Source of the DNA: Candidatus Poribacteria bacterium
Lineage (GTDB): Bacteria; Poribacteria; WGA-4E; WGA-3G
DNA: 64,000 bases
NCBI GenBank assembly: GCA_965202725.1
Contig: OZ241845.1
Coordinates: forward strand, 1,346,172-1,410,171
Reading direction: 5' to 3'
The notes beneath the pieces were generated by a model. That model saw nothing but the letters and a program-made list of their open reading frames with translations, ran no database searches and was not told where the DNA came from. This document shows positions 17,867-27,744 of this stretch, piece after piece. How positions within the stretch are numbered: the first letter of the stretch is position 1; every line of letters begins with the position of its first letter. The position numbers and the translations under genes are program-made.

Positions 17867-18706
17867 ATGGAAATCACCGTGCAACCTGAAGAATTGGCAG
17901 AAGGGAAACTTACAGACACACACGTTGAACAAGCCGTAAAGGCAATCCAGGTTGATGGTTACGTCATCTTAGAAAATGTCATCCGTCATGAACCCTTGGA
18001 CATTCTGCGTGAACGTATGGATGCCGATTCTCAGATCCTGATTAATGCAGAGAAATGGGGAGGAGCGGGTCGACTGAAAGGGCACCTTCAGCAAGGACCG
18101 CCCCCTTACGCACCCTACATCTTCAGAGACATTGTGGCGAATCCCTACGTTGTGCAAGTAACCAGGGAGCTTCTCGGTCCGGGGCTCTATAATAACTTTT
18201 ACAACGGGAATACGAATTGCCCGGGTAGCACAACACAACCGCTGCACCGAGACGGTGCTCACCTGTGGCCAGATCAAGAAATAGCACACCCGACAGTGGA
18301 GGTTGTCGTTAACATCTCACCGCAGGATACAACAGCGGAGAACGGGAGTGTTGAAATCTGGCCCGGTTCACATCTGGAGGTCAGTGGCAAACAAATAGCA
18401 GCAGCGGAAGAAGAGGCACGTCGGGAGATCTACCCGCCTATCCGTGGCAGTGCGAGGAAGGGGAGCGCGCTCATTCGGGATATGCGGCTCTGGCATCGAG
18501 GTGTTCCCAATCCGTCTGATAAGCCGCGCCACATGATAGCGATGATCCACCGCGTCGCTTGGCTCAGATCCTACCGCCGACTGAAGTATAATACTGGATG
18601 CGAAGCCGCCTTTGAAGACAGTGATCTCGACCCTAATGCTGATTTCTTTGATTTCGCCACACACAAAATAGAGGATTACGACTATCTGTTCAATCCGCAT
18701 TTTTGA
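17867..18706 (+). CDS. Phytanoyl-CoA dioxygenase (PhyH) family protein
   Basis: QPLHRD (HxD), ENGSVEIWPGSH, RLWHRG..N.S..PR. Confidence 0.88.
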   Translation: MEITVQPEELAEGKLTDTHVEQAVKAIQVDGYVILENVIRHEPLDILRERMDADSQILINAEKWGGAGRLKGHLQQGPPPYAPYIFRDIVANPYVVQVTRELLGPGLYNNFYNGNTNCPGSTTQPLHRDGAHLWPDQEIAHPTVEVVVNISPQDTTAENGSVEIWPGSHLEVSGKQIAAAEEEARREIYPPIRGSARKGSALIRDMRLWHRGVPNPSDKPRHMIAMIHRVAWLRSYRRLKYNTGCEAAFEDSDLDPNADFFDFATHKIEDYDYLFNPHF

Positions 18707-19563
18707 CGATTGCCACGGAGGCTCCTATGCGCACGCAAAACAATTGGCTCCCGGCGGAGCCTGACCTTGAAACCGTTTGTAAAACCTATAGCGATCCGAT
18801 TTATGCCCTCTCCCAAGCTGAAATGCCTGCTATTATTCTTCGGAATGCCTACTCACCGGAACACTGTAACGGACTCATTCATCGATTCACAAACATGGGT
18901 TTGATGCGTGACGAAGCCGATGGCAACGCTGTTGACAGACGCACCCGTATCGACATCGGCACGAGCCTCGGGAACCGTGGCAGCGATAAAGCGAAATTTT
19001 TAGCACATGCCGAAGCGACACATCACCTCTTTAAATTTTTATTCGATGGATTTGAGAATCCTGTCGAGTTGATTTATGACTCCCTTGACACGCTTTCACC
19101 CAGAAAAGAGGTGAAGGTAGCACGTGAACCCGACGGTTCGCGCTACGGGCCAGCGATCTTCCGCGTCCACTACGAAACCCATAGCTACAAACCACACATC
19201 GATCACGTCAAATACCGTGAGAATCGCACTGACTACCAAGTCTACCGTTTCGAGCATCAGTTTGCGGGTGTGCTGTGTGTCCAAAATGCAGATGAACATG
19301 GAAAAGGCACACAAGCTATCTTGCACCGATGTCTCTGGTCTGAGGAGATCCAACCGCATATTGTTGAAGAAACGTTTGCCAGGTACGCTGCTGAAAATGG
19401 AATAGAGAACTATCAGGTCGATCTTCAACAAGGCGACCTCTACTTTTTCAACACGCGTTGTATCCACGAAGTGCCACCCGTTCAAGGCACACGCGCCCGC
19501 ATCGTGTTGGCAGTATTTATAGGTTATTCTCCCGACGATGACGACATATTCGTTTGGGCGTAA
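18703..19563 (+). CDS. Putative 2OG-Fe(II) oxygenase
   Basis: PHID (HxD) and GDLYFFNTRCIHEVPPV...R. Start uncertain (TTG 18703 or ATG 18727). Confidence 0.7.
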   Translation: MTIATEAPMRTQNNWLPAEPDLETVCKTYSDPIYALSQAEMPAIILRNAYSPEHCNGLIHRFTNMGLMRDEADGNAVDRRTRIDIGTSLGNRGSDKAKFLAHAEATHHLFKFLFDGFENPVELIYDSLDTLSPRKEVKVAREPDGSRYGPAIFRVHYETHSYKPHIDHVKYRENRTDYQVYRFEHQFAGVLCVQNADEHGKGTQAILHRCLWSEEIQPHIVEETFARYAAENGIENYQVDLQQGDLYFFNTRCIHEVPPVQGTRARIVLAVFIGYSPDDDDIFVWA

Positions 19564-19742
19564 CCTATTCAAATCCTGAACATTTTTGTACATACCCTGC
19601 ACAATTCGCGGTAGTCTTAATGGTGTCGGCTTCCAGTGAATCGTAGGTGCGAGGCCATTTCGCCCCTATAGCCTTTTCCGCGTTTGACTTCCACGCGACA
19701 CCGTGATATACTAACGTTGGACTTTACCAATAGGAAGGAAAA

Positions 19743-20714
19743 ATGAGACATTTTAGAGACCAGAGACGTGTGTGCTGCAAGAGGTATTGTTTTTTGGCAT
19801 ATACGTTCATTGCAATTCTTACTCTCATATCTCTGCCCATAGCGGCCGATAGCACAGACATCCACGAAAACGCAGGCACCCGCGCCATGACTTTTCTCAA
19901 AATTGGGGTCGGGGCTGAGGCAATGAGTATGGGGGAATCACAAGTCGCTGCGGCCGATGACCTCTACGCCTCATACTGGAATCCTGCCGGACTGACAAAG
20001 CTCCAAAAGCCACAACTCGCGCTCATGCATAACGAGTGGTTCGCTGGAATCAATCACGAATTCATCGGGTTCGCACTCCCGCTTGGGGGTATTGGCACCG
20101 TTGGTTTCAGTTCAAGTTACCTGTCTTTCGGTGAGTTACAGGGACGCGACCGAGAGGGTAACGAGACGACGCTCTTCCGTCCTTACGATTTAGCCTTGAT
20201 TTTCTCGTATGCCCGCAGTTTCGGAGATAATCTCGCTTTTGGGACAAACGCGAAATTCTTACGCGAACAGATTGCTGACGCAGCGGGAACCGGTATCGCT
20301 TTTGATTTCGGTGTATTATACACCTTTCCCGGAATCCCGCTCGCTTTGGGCTTCAACGCACAGCATCTTGGACCGAGAGTCAAGTTCATTGAGGAGGCTT
20401 TTGGGCTGCCTGTTACTTTTAGGTTTGGGGGTGCCTACAAACTCTGGAACGACGCGTTCACCCTAACCACTGACATTATCCGGCCATCTGATAACGCTAT
20501 CGCGATAGGCATCGGTGCGGGTTATACCATCGGCAGTATCTTGCACCTCCGCACTGGCTATAACTACAAAATCGGTGGCAACGCTTTGGGAGCGATTTCT
20601 GGACTTGCTGGCGGTTTTGGACTGACGCTTCGGCAGTTCCACATCGATTACGCCCTCGTTCCCTTCGGTGTCCTCGGATTGACTCACCGCTTCTCGTTAG
20701 TCGCCAATTTTTAG
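19743..20714 (+). CDS. PorV/PorQ-family outer-membrane beta-barrel protein
   Basis: FLKIGVGA.AMSMGE, YWNPAGL and C-terminal IDYA..PFG.LG.THRFSL...F. Confidence 0.8.
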   Translation: MRHFRDQRRVCCKRYCFLAYTFIAILTLISLPIAADSTDIHENAGTRAMTFLKIGVGAEAMSMGESQVAAADDLYASYWNPAGLTKLQKPQLALMHNEWFAGINHEFIGFALPLGGIGTVGFSSSYLSFGELQGRDREGNETTLFRPYDLALIFSYARSFGDNLAFGTNAKFLREQIADAAGTGIAFDFGVLYTFPGIPLALGFNAQHLGPRVKFIEEAFGLPVTFRFGGAYKLWNDAFTLTTDIIRPSDNAIAIGIGAGYTIGSILHLRTGYNYKIGGNALGAISGLAGGFGLTLRQFHIDYALVPFGVLGLTHRFSLVANF

Positions 20715-21421
20715 ATACGCAAAGGTTTCGAGTCAGAAGCTGCCTGAATAAACGCCTCAAATAACTTCCGGCTGTGTTCGTGAAATTCAGGGGTGGCTAT
20801 CATCCGCTCCGGGTGGTATTGCACACCCAACATAAACCGTTTGGATGGAGCTTCTATGGCTTCAATGACCCCATCGGCAGCTCGCGCCGTAATAACAAAG
20901 CCCTCGCCAATTTTATCTACCGCCTGGTGATGGGCAGAATTGACTGTATCGCCTCTCTTTCCTATAAGTTCACATAGCCGACTATTAGGTTCAATCTCAA
21001 TCTTGTGTTCGGAGTCCTCATTGAAATTCTTTGCAGGATGTGTCAACGGATCTATAAACTGAGAGGGAACGTCTTGGTATAGGCTTCCGTGCATTGCGAC
21101 ATTCATGATTTGAATCCCGCGGCAAATACCAAAAACTGGTAAATTCGCACCTATTGCTTCCCGGCATAGCTTTAACTCCAGAGCATCTCGCGCTTTGCTA
21201 ACATATTTAAGAGACGGATGATACGCCTGATTGAAGTGTTTCGGGTGAATATCGCCACCCCCTGTTAGCAAAAGCCCATCAATAGCCATGGAATCGCCTT
21301 GTGATACACCCGGATATAGCGTTACAGGTATGCCGCCATGTTCTTTAACGGCCCGGATATAATTGTTATCTGGATCGTTTTTAACATCTTTTCTAAATGT
21401 AATTCCAATAATAGGTGCCAT
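20711..21421 (-). CDS. Peptidase C26 / gamma-glutamyl-GABA hydrolase family (PuuD-like)
   Basis: GLLLTGGGDI, GICRGIQ, VNSAHHQAV, GVQYHPE. Confidence 0.9.
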   Translation of the reverse strand: MAPIIGITFRKDVKNDPDNNYIRAVKEHGGIPVTLYPGVSQGDSMAIDGLLLTGGGDIHPKHFNQAYHPSLKYVSKARDALELKLCREAIGANLPVFGICRGIQIMNVAMHGSLYQDVPSQFIDPLTHPAKNFNEDSEHKIEIEPNSRLCELIGKRGDTVNSAHHQAVDKIGEGFVITARAADGVIEAIEAPSKRFMLGVQYHPERMIATPEFHEHSRKLFEAFIQAASDSKPLRI

Positions 21422-21540
21422 AGTCGAAATCCTCCTTTTACGTTATTTTCCTAATATAAATTATAACATCTTTTGAGGCTAACCAACAAGAAAAATAAAT
21501 TCCCTACAGACGACTCATAACTCATAACTCATAAAAAGAC

Positions 21541-21626
21541 TTGACGAGTTAAGTGTGTTTAAGGTAGTATACATGTTTAAAGTCAAAAAAAAATATTTGA
21601 CATTTAGGGTTCAGATAGTGTATACT
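21541..21626 (+). promoter_or_regulatory. Two tandem sigma70-like promoters upstream of the long leader of the giant protein gene
   Basis: TTGACG-18-TAGTAT (21541-21570) and TTGACA-18-TATACT (21597-21626). Confidence 0.5.
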
Positions 21627-22299
21627 TTCTTAGGATGGACGTAGCCTGCTCTTTTGTAGCATAACCTATTCGGTTGTGCCACCCGAGTGCTTGTATTTTT
21701 TCACAGAACGCCATCTCACGGAGCCGGGGGACCAGGGTTCAAAATTGCGTCCGTCGGGATTGCTATTAACCTGCAATCAGGTTTTCCGTAAACCTAGGGG
21801 AACCCCCCCCGACCCCCCGCAAGCAAGGGGAAACGCGTTAAGGACAGCGAACAGCGATGTATAGTCGAGTTGTTAATTTTGCAGTAAAAGCAGTGCGAAG
21901 CGAAACGATGCGAGGTGTCTCTTGTCCTGTGTGGCCGGTTCGTTTCTTGGTGTCTTTCGCTAACAGCGATATTAACTTATTGTTTGTTACCCCCCCCCCC
22001 CCCCAGATTCAACCAACAGTTAACTTCAAGCAATCGTCGTTCTCTTCTCCCCGGCCCTATCCAAGGCAGTCTAATAGCTTTGCGTCCGCCCTAAACGCTT
22101 TGTAGCATAACTTGTTCGTAGCAGGATTTCCTGTTAGGTTGCGCATCCTGTTAAGCTGTGCCAGTTTTTGTACCCTAACCCGTTAGATCCTGCAACTCAG
22201 GAAAACCTAATATCAAAAACAATACCCCGGGGCTTTTGAAAGCCCCATAAGTTCACAAGATTGTCCAAACGATAGTTTCTTTTAGGAGGAAACTAAGTC

Positions 22300-25200
22300 A
22301 TGTTTTCAAATAAAATGAGATTTACCTTAAGTTTAGTAGTTTTGTTGGCAGTTGCCATGCTGCTGGTGCCAACTCTTGTAGACGCAGCACTCACCTTTGT
22401 AGATACAGTAACAGTAATGAGTGTAGAATTTCGGAAAGGTAGTGCACTCAATGCGTATGTGACATTGGTGTCGGGTGCCGCCGACACAAGTCAGATAACT
22501 TACTCGGTAGCACCTGCCCTGCCTACTGGTTTGAGGGTTACGAACACTGACGGTTACGCCATAATCATTGGAACTCCCACGGTAGGCAGCCCAACAAAAG
22601 CGTATACGCTAACTGCTAGCGCGCCGGGTGAGACCTCAATTACATTGGACTTTAATATCACCGTGCATTCCGCTCCTATGTTTAGTGTTAGTCGCCTAAC
22701 GCCGAATTCGCTAGTTGGGAGGGTAGGGCAGGCGTTCAATTTTGTTTTCCCAGAGGCGACGCAAGAGGATGGCGATACGACTACGTATGAGTTGAGACGT
22801 GGGACTCTTCCCGCCGGCTTAACATTCACATCGGCGACTCGGACCCTTGCTGGAACTCCTACTGAGGCATCCCCAACAGTTGGATTTCTCTATACTGCGG
22901 TTGATAGCGGCACTCATTCAGGCGATTATTATGTATACCTCTCTTTTTTGCTAGCTATAGAGCAAGCGGACGGTTCCCCAGCCCCGACACCGGCCACTCC
23001 ACAGACACCCCCATCACAGACTCCTACACCAGTTCAAACTGTTGACGATGACATGGACGGCGACACTGACGGCGATGGCAACGGCAACACTGGTGGCGAC
23101 ACTAGCAGCGATATGCCCACGGGCGTTGTTGTGGAACCTGGGCCTGGGAAGATAACGGTGTCTTGGACTGGGGGTTCGGCTACGGGGTATGAGTATAGCA
23201 CCGATGGCGGCGTGAATTGGGTGGCTGTATCGGTCTATCCGTTGGTCATCCGTGGCGCTGCTGGCACTCCGATCACCGTGCGTATCCGTGCGACGCCTGC
23301 GGGTGTGCCCTCTGTTGCTGTGTCTGGGACGCCGGGTCGAAGAGAGTCCCAAGTTGCCCCTGTGGGTGTTGCGGCGGCTGCGGGTGATGGTAGGATAAGG
23401 GTGACTTGGACGGGTGGCACGTCAGGAAATGTGTCCCTGTATGAATATAAAAAGGATGCTGATGCGTGGATGGCAGTGTCAGTATATCCGTTAGCGATAA
23501 TGGGTGTGAATGGCACGGCTATCACAGTGCGTATTCGTCTGAAGGCGACCCTTGAGAAGTTAGCAGGCGAGCCTTCTGAACCGGTGACAGAGACGCCGAG
23601 AGCAACGCCGATGCCGCCTACGTTTTCTGCTGGTACGGTGATTGCCAATCAGATGTTGACTGTAGGTGTGGCGATGCCGGCTCTAACACTTCCGATGGCA
23701 ACTGGCACGGGTATCACGTACAGCCTAACCCCTGCTTTACCTGTGGGGCTGACGTTTACGCCAGCGACCCGGCTGCTGAGTGGCACCCCCACAACTGCAA
23801 TGACAGCAACTACGTATACCTACACTGCGACCAACAGCGCGGGCAGTGCCCAGCTGACGTTCACTCTCACTATCACTGGCGGTTCAGTGCCGGCGCCTAC
23901 GTTTTCTGCTGGTACGGTGATTGCCAATCAGATGTTGACTGTAGGTGTGGCGATGCCGGCTCTAACACTTCCGATGGCAACTGGCACGGGTATCACGTAC
24001 AGCCTAACCCCTGCCTTACCTGCGGGGCTGACGTTTACTGCAGGGACTCGGGTGCTGAGGGGCACCCCCACAGGATCTGCAATGGCAGCAACTACGTATA
24101 CCTACACTGCCACAAACAGCGCGGGTAATGCCCAGCTGACGTTCACTCTCACTGTCAATCCCCCACCTACAGATGTTCCTGTGTTACCAGATATTCCAGC
24201 TAAGACCTACACTGTGGGTATGGCAGTGAGCGAAACATTGCCGGCGGTAACATCGGGGACTGGCGTGACTTACTCGCTGACACCAGCTTCTTGGAATGGT
24301 CTTGCGTTTAATGCGACGACTCGGGTGCTGAGTGGGACTCCCGCCGCTGTGATGTCGGCGACTACTTTTACCTACACTGCGACCAACAGTGCTGGGAGTG
24401 ACACCAAGACGTTCACTCTCACTGTCAATCCCCCACCTACAGATGTTCCTGTGTTACCAGATGTTTCAGCTAAGACATACTTTGTGGATACAGAAGTGAG
24501 TGAGGAATTGCCGGCGGTAACATCGGGGGCTGGCGTGACTTACTCGCTGGCACCGGCCGCTTGGAATGGTCTTGCGTTTAATGCAACGGATCGGATGCTG
24601 AGTGGGACTCCCACCGATGCGATGTCGGAGACTTTTATCTACACTGCGAAGAACAGTGCGGGTAGTGACACCAAGACGTTCACTATCACTGTCAATCCTA
24701 TCCACACCGGCGGTGGTGGCGGTGGTGGCGGCGGCGGAACAACTCCTCCTACAAGCAAAGTGATTGAAAGTCACCGTTTTGGGGTTCTTGTGCATTCGGG
24801 TGCGATGGCAAGCGACACGGGTATTGCCAGTGGCGTAAACACCATCCCCGTTTCGAATATGCCGGATCTCTATGAGTTCTTCCTGAATGGTGGCACGATT
24901 ATCGTTAAGGGGCCTGCGGGTGCGGCAGTGGGTGATTTGAAGATCACGGAGATCATGGCTGCCAAGGATGCTACTTTAGGGGGTCGTTCTAAGTATAGCC
25001 AGTGGATTGAAGTCTACAACAAGACGGGTGCGAACATTATCTTTGACGGGTCGAGTTGGATGCTTGAATTTAGGCAGGGCAAGGCCTCGTCAGCTGGGGT
25101 TTCTTCGTCAGCAGCGGGTCGTGTGGATCTTGTGAGTAATATGGGTAATCCGGGTTTCTGGGCTATCCCGAGCAAGGGGGGTCGCTCTGAAGCGACGACT

Positions 25201-27165
25201 GCTGCTAATGCGGTGGACCTTGTGTCTATGTATCGTAAACTCAAGCAGTTCGACACAGCGAATACCGGGCATGCGGATCATGCGAAAGATGATGGGGATC
25301 CGGAGCGTTCGGGTACTTGGGTTGCTTCTGGGAGACCGAGCCGGAATCTGTCTGGGAATCGGCTTGGGACGCCTGGTACGTATCCTACGGCAGCCCCAGC
25401 CGCGAAGACGGTGCTATCGCAAGAGGTGCTGATCAATGAGATAGGCAATAGCAGCAGCGATGCTAACGATTGGGTTGAACTCAGGAACATCTCGGGGAGT
25501 GAGAAGGATCTCAGGAAGTGGGAGCTGACTCTCGTGATGTCGGTGGATGGTGCTGCGAAAGAGACGGAGTTGGTCTCGTTCCCGGATAACGATAAGGTGA
25601 AACTCGCTGCGGATGGTATCTTGTTGATTTCTAACTCGGATCCGACGGGTTCGGGGAATGATCTGGCTGCGGGCGTTGCGATTAACAAAGCAGCGGCGGA
25701 CCGGGTGCAACGCGGTGTGCAATCCTTGTATTACGTGGATAGCAACCTCGTGTTGCCCAATAGTGGTAAATATAACCTGATCCTTCGCAGTGCGAATGAC
25801 AAAGAGGGCAAGTCAACGCACATTGTTGATCATGGCGGCACCTATTTCGCTGAGAAAAAGGAGGGTAGTTTTGACACAGAGGTCTGGCCCCTTCAGTTAT
25901 GGGCTGCGGGGCATAGCAACGTGATTGATGGTGCGGAGGAGGACTTCCGCGCTGGCTTCGTCTATAAACGGAACAAACCGGGGGACCCGAAAAAGGATGG
26001 CGGTATAGGCGAGAAGCACTGGGCGAAAGTGGGTTTCACGGGCATCGGTTATGACCGCACGGCTGCCAAAACCGATGAAAACGGCGGCACCCCCGGCTAT
26101 GATAACGGTGCATTGAAAGAGAAAGTCGCGGATCTCTCTGATGCAGAGGTCACGATCTCTGAGATCATGTTTAGTGCGGGTGCGGGTTCGGGGAGACGTT
26201 CGTTGCCGCAGTGGATAGAGCTTTACAATTCTTCACTGACCCAGGGTGTGAACCTGAACGGCTGGCAACTGGAGATACAGAACGCACGCGATGAAGGTTT
26301 AAAAGCCCGTCAGAACGCCACGATCACGCTGGGTGCCGTTACCCTCGCACCGAATCAGACGGTATTGCTTGTTTCCACCAGTGGTTCTAACTCGGGCAGA
26401 GACCATTTCCCGGATACTCGCACGATAGACCTCTGGACATCACATCGCACCGCTCTGGATATGGAAGCGCGCACCGATACCGTCCTGAGTGCCGCGGGTT
26501 TCTATCTGAAACTCACGGACAAGGATAAGAAACTGGTTGACGAAGTCGGCAACACCGATGGGGATCGCCGCACAAACGATGCACCCGAGTGGGCCCTGCC
26601 GATGGGTATCAACAGCGATGGGCATCGCGCGTCTATCATACGTAGATATGAAGGTCGTAAGGCTGAAGATGGTATGGATCCGAGTGGATGGATCTCCGCA
26701 CAGGATACGGGGCGCTCCGCAGAAGGCTATAGCGAAACGACCTATTACGGCGATAGAAACGATGTCGGCACACCAGGGCATCACGGCGGGGGACCCCTGC
26801 CCGTCTCCCTGGCAAGCTTCCGCCCAGCACGAGACACAGCCACTGGCGAAGTCGTCATCCGCTGGACCACCGAGTCCGAACTGAACAACGCAGGTTTCAA
26901 TATACTGCGCAGTGAAACAAAGACCGGCGAGTTCACAGTCGTCAACAGCAAAGGCATTATCCCCGGACACGGCACGACATCCGAAAGACATGTCTACGAG
27001 TGGACGGACACCTCTGCAAAACCCAACGTCGTCTACTATTACCAGATAGAAGACGTCGCCTTGGATGGCACGCGCACGACTTTGCGCACCACGCATCTTC
27101 GGGGCAACGTCAACGCTGCGGGCAAGCTCACGACGACCTGGGGCGATGTGAAAACGCAAGACTAA
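22300..27165 (+). CDS. Giant secreted surface protein: putative Ig repeats, FN3-like and lamin-tail-like domains
   Basis: Signal peptide, repeated LPxGLTF...LSGTPT, (I/V)xEI...WxExxN modules, and C-terminal PLPVSLASF...KLTTTWGDVK. Confidence 0.8.
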   Translation: MFSNKMRFTLSLVVLLAVAMLLVPTLVDAALTFVDTVTVMSVEFRKGSALNAYVTLVSGAADTSQITYSVAPALPTGLRVTNTDGYAIIIGTPTVGSPTKAYTLTASAPGETSITLDFNITVHSAPMFSVSRLTPNSLVGRVGQAFNFVFPEATQEDGDTTTYELRRGTLPAGLTFTSATRTLAGTPTEASPTVGFLYTAVDSGTHSGDYYVYLSFLLAIEQADGSPAPTPATPQTPPSQTPTPVQTVDDDMDGDTDGDGNGNTGGDTSSDMPTGVVVEPGPGKITVSWTGGSATGYEYSTDGGVNWVAVSVYPLVIRGAAGTPITVRIRATPAGVPSVAVSGTPGRRESQVAPVGVAAAAGDGRIRVTWTGGTSGNVSLYEYKKDADAWMAVSVYPLAIMGVNGTAITVRIRLKATLEKLAGEPSEPVTETPRATPMPPTFSAGTVIANQMLTVGVAMPALTLPMATGTGITYSLTPALPVGLTFTPATRLLSGTPTTAMTATTYTYTATNSAGSAQLTFTLTITGGSVPAPTFSAGTVIANQMLTVGVAMPALTLPMATGTGITYSLTPALPAGLTFTAGTRVLRGTPTGSAMAATTYTYTATNSAGNAQLTFTLTVNPPPTDVPVLPDIPAKTYTVGMAVSETLPAVTSGTGVTYSLTPASWNGLAFNATTRVLSGTPAAVMSATTFTYTATNSAGSDTKTFTLTVNPPPTDVPVLPDVSAKTYFVDTEVSEELPAVTSGAGVTYSLAPAAWNGLAFNATDRMLSGTPTDAMSETFIYTAKNSAGSDTKTFTITVNPIHTGGGGGGGGGGTTPPTSKVIESHRFGVLVHSGAMASDTGIASGVNTIPVSNMPDLYEFFLNGGTIIVKGPAGAAVGDLKITEIMAAKDATLGGRSKYSQWIEVYNKTGANIIFDGSSWMLEFRQGKASSAGVSSSAAGRVDLVSNMGNPGFWAIPSKGGRSEATTAANAVDLVSMYRKLKQFDTANTGHADHAKDDGDPERSGTWVASGRPSRNLSGNRLGTPGTYPTAAPAAKTVLSQEVLINEIGNSSSDANDWVELRNISGSEKDLRKWELTLVMSVDGAAKETELVSFPDNDKVKLAADGILLISNSDPTGSGNDLAAGVAINKAAADRVQRGVQSLYYVDSNLVLPNSGKYNLILRSANDKEGKSTHIVDHGGTYFAEKKEGSFDTEVWPLQLWAAGHSNVIDGAEEDFRAGFVYKRNKPGDPKKDGGIGEKHWAKVGFTGIGYDRTAAKTDENGGTPGYDNGALKEKVADLSDAEVTISEIMFSAGAGSGRRSLPQWIELYNSSLTQGVNLNGWQLEIQNARDEGLKARQNATITLGAVTLAPNQTVLLVSTSGSNSGRDHFPDTRTIDLWTSHRTALDMEARTDTVLSAAGFYLKLTDKDKKLVDEVGNTDGDRRTNDAPEWALPMGINSDGHRASIIRRYEGRKAEDGMDPSGWISAQDTGRSAEGYSETTYYGDRNDVGTPGHHGGGPLPVSLASFRPARDTATGEVVIRWTTESELNNAGFNILRSETKTGEFTVVNSKGIIPGHGTTSERHVYEWTDTSAKPNVVYYYQIEDVALDGTRTTLRTTHLRGNVNAAGKLTTTWGDVKTQD
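23615..24700 (+). repeat. Intragenic tandem duplications of Ig-like domains
   Basis: Near-identical DNA at 23615 vs 23894 (279-nt offset) and 24138 vs 24408 (270-nt offset). Confidence 0.85.
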
Positions 27166-27248
27166 GGGTGTAGCGGCACGCAAGTGTCGCTACATGAACA
27201 GGTTCATTCAGGGATACACCCTATTTGAATTAACTTACCAACTACAAA

Positions 27249-27281
27249 TAAGGGCGGTGTATGATGCATACACCGCCCTTA
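27249..27281 (+). terminator. Perfect 15-bp inverted repeat after the giant gene (probable terminator)
   Basis: TAAGGGCGGTGTATG-atg-CATACACCGCCCTTA. A second hairpin with a GCAA loop lies right after the stop codon. Confidence 0.65.
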
Positions 27282-27744
27282 CTGTTTAAGCCACACAAGA
27301 AAATGTAAAGCGTATCGTAGGGATTAGGTACCCTAACTCTCTTATCGTAGGGATTAGGGAACCCTAATAACTATAGGACAAGGAGACCTCGCCCCTACGC
27401 AAGACCGCAGTCCCTTTCTTCCAAACTCACGTTGTATATAGGCTTTTATAATCTTAATTTGAAAAATAATAAATATTGTCTTAGTATAACTTATAATGTC
27501 GGTTTTCTGGGGAGATATTACGCCTATGGGCTAAAGAAATACCTAAAAAACTTGTTGGAAAGTCCAAAATTTGCCAGGATCCATAGACCCATCCATGGTA
27601 TGCACTGATGTTAATGGATAATATGAGTTTGGTAAAAAGTGAGAACGTGGTATACTAACATTACTGGAAACAGAGGGAAAAGAGAGCGAGGCGATACAAG
27701 CTATTGATTTAAAAAAAACGCGGGATAGCCTGACATGGCGCGCA

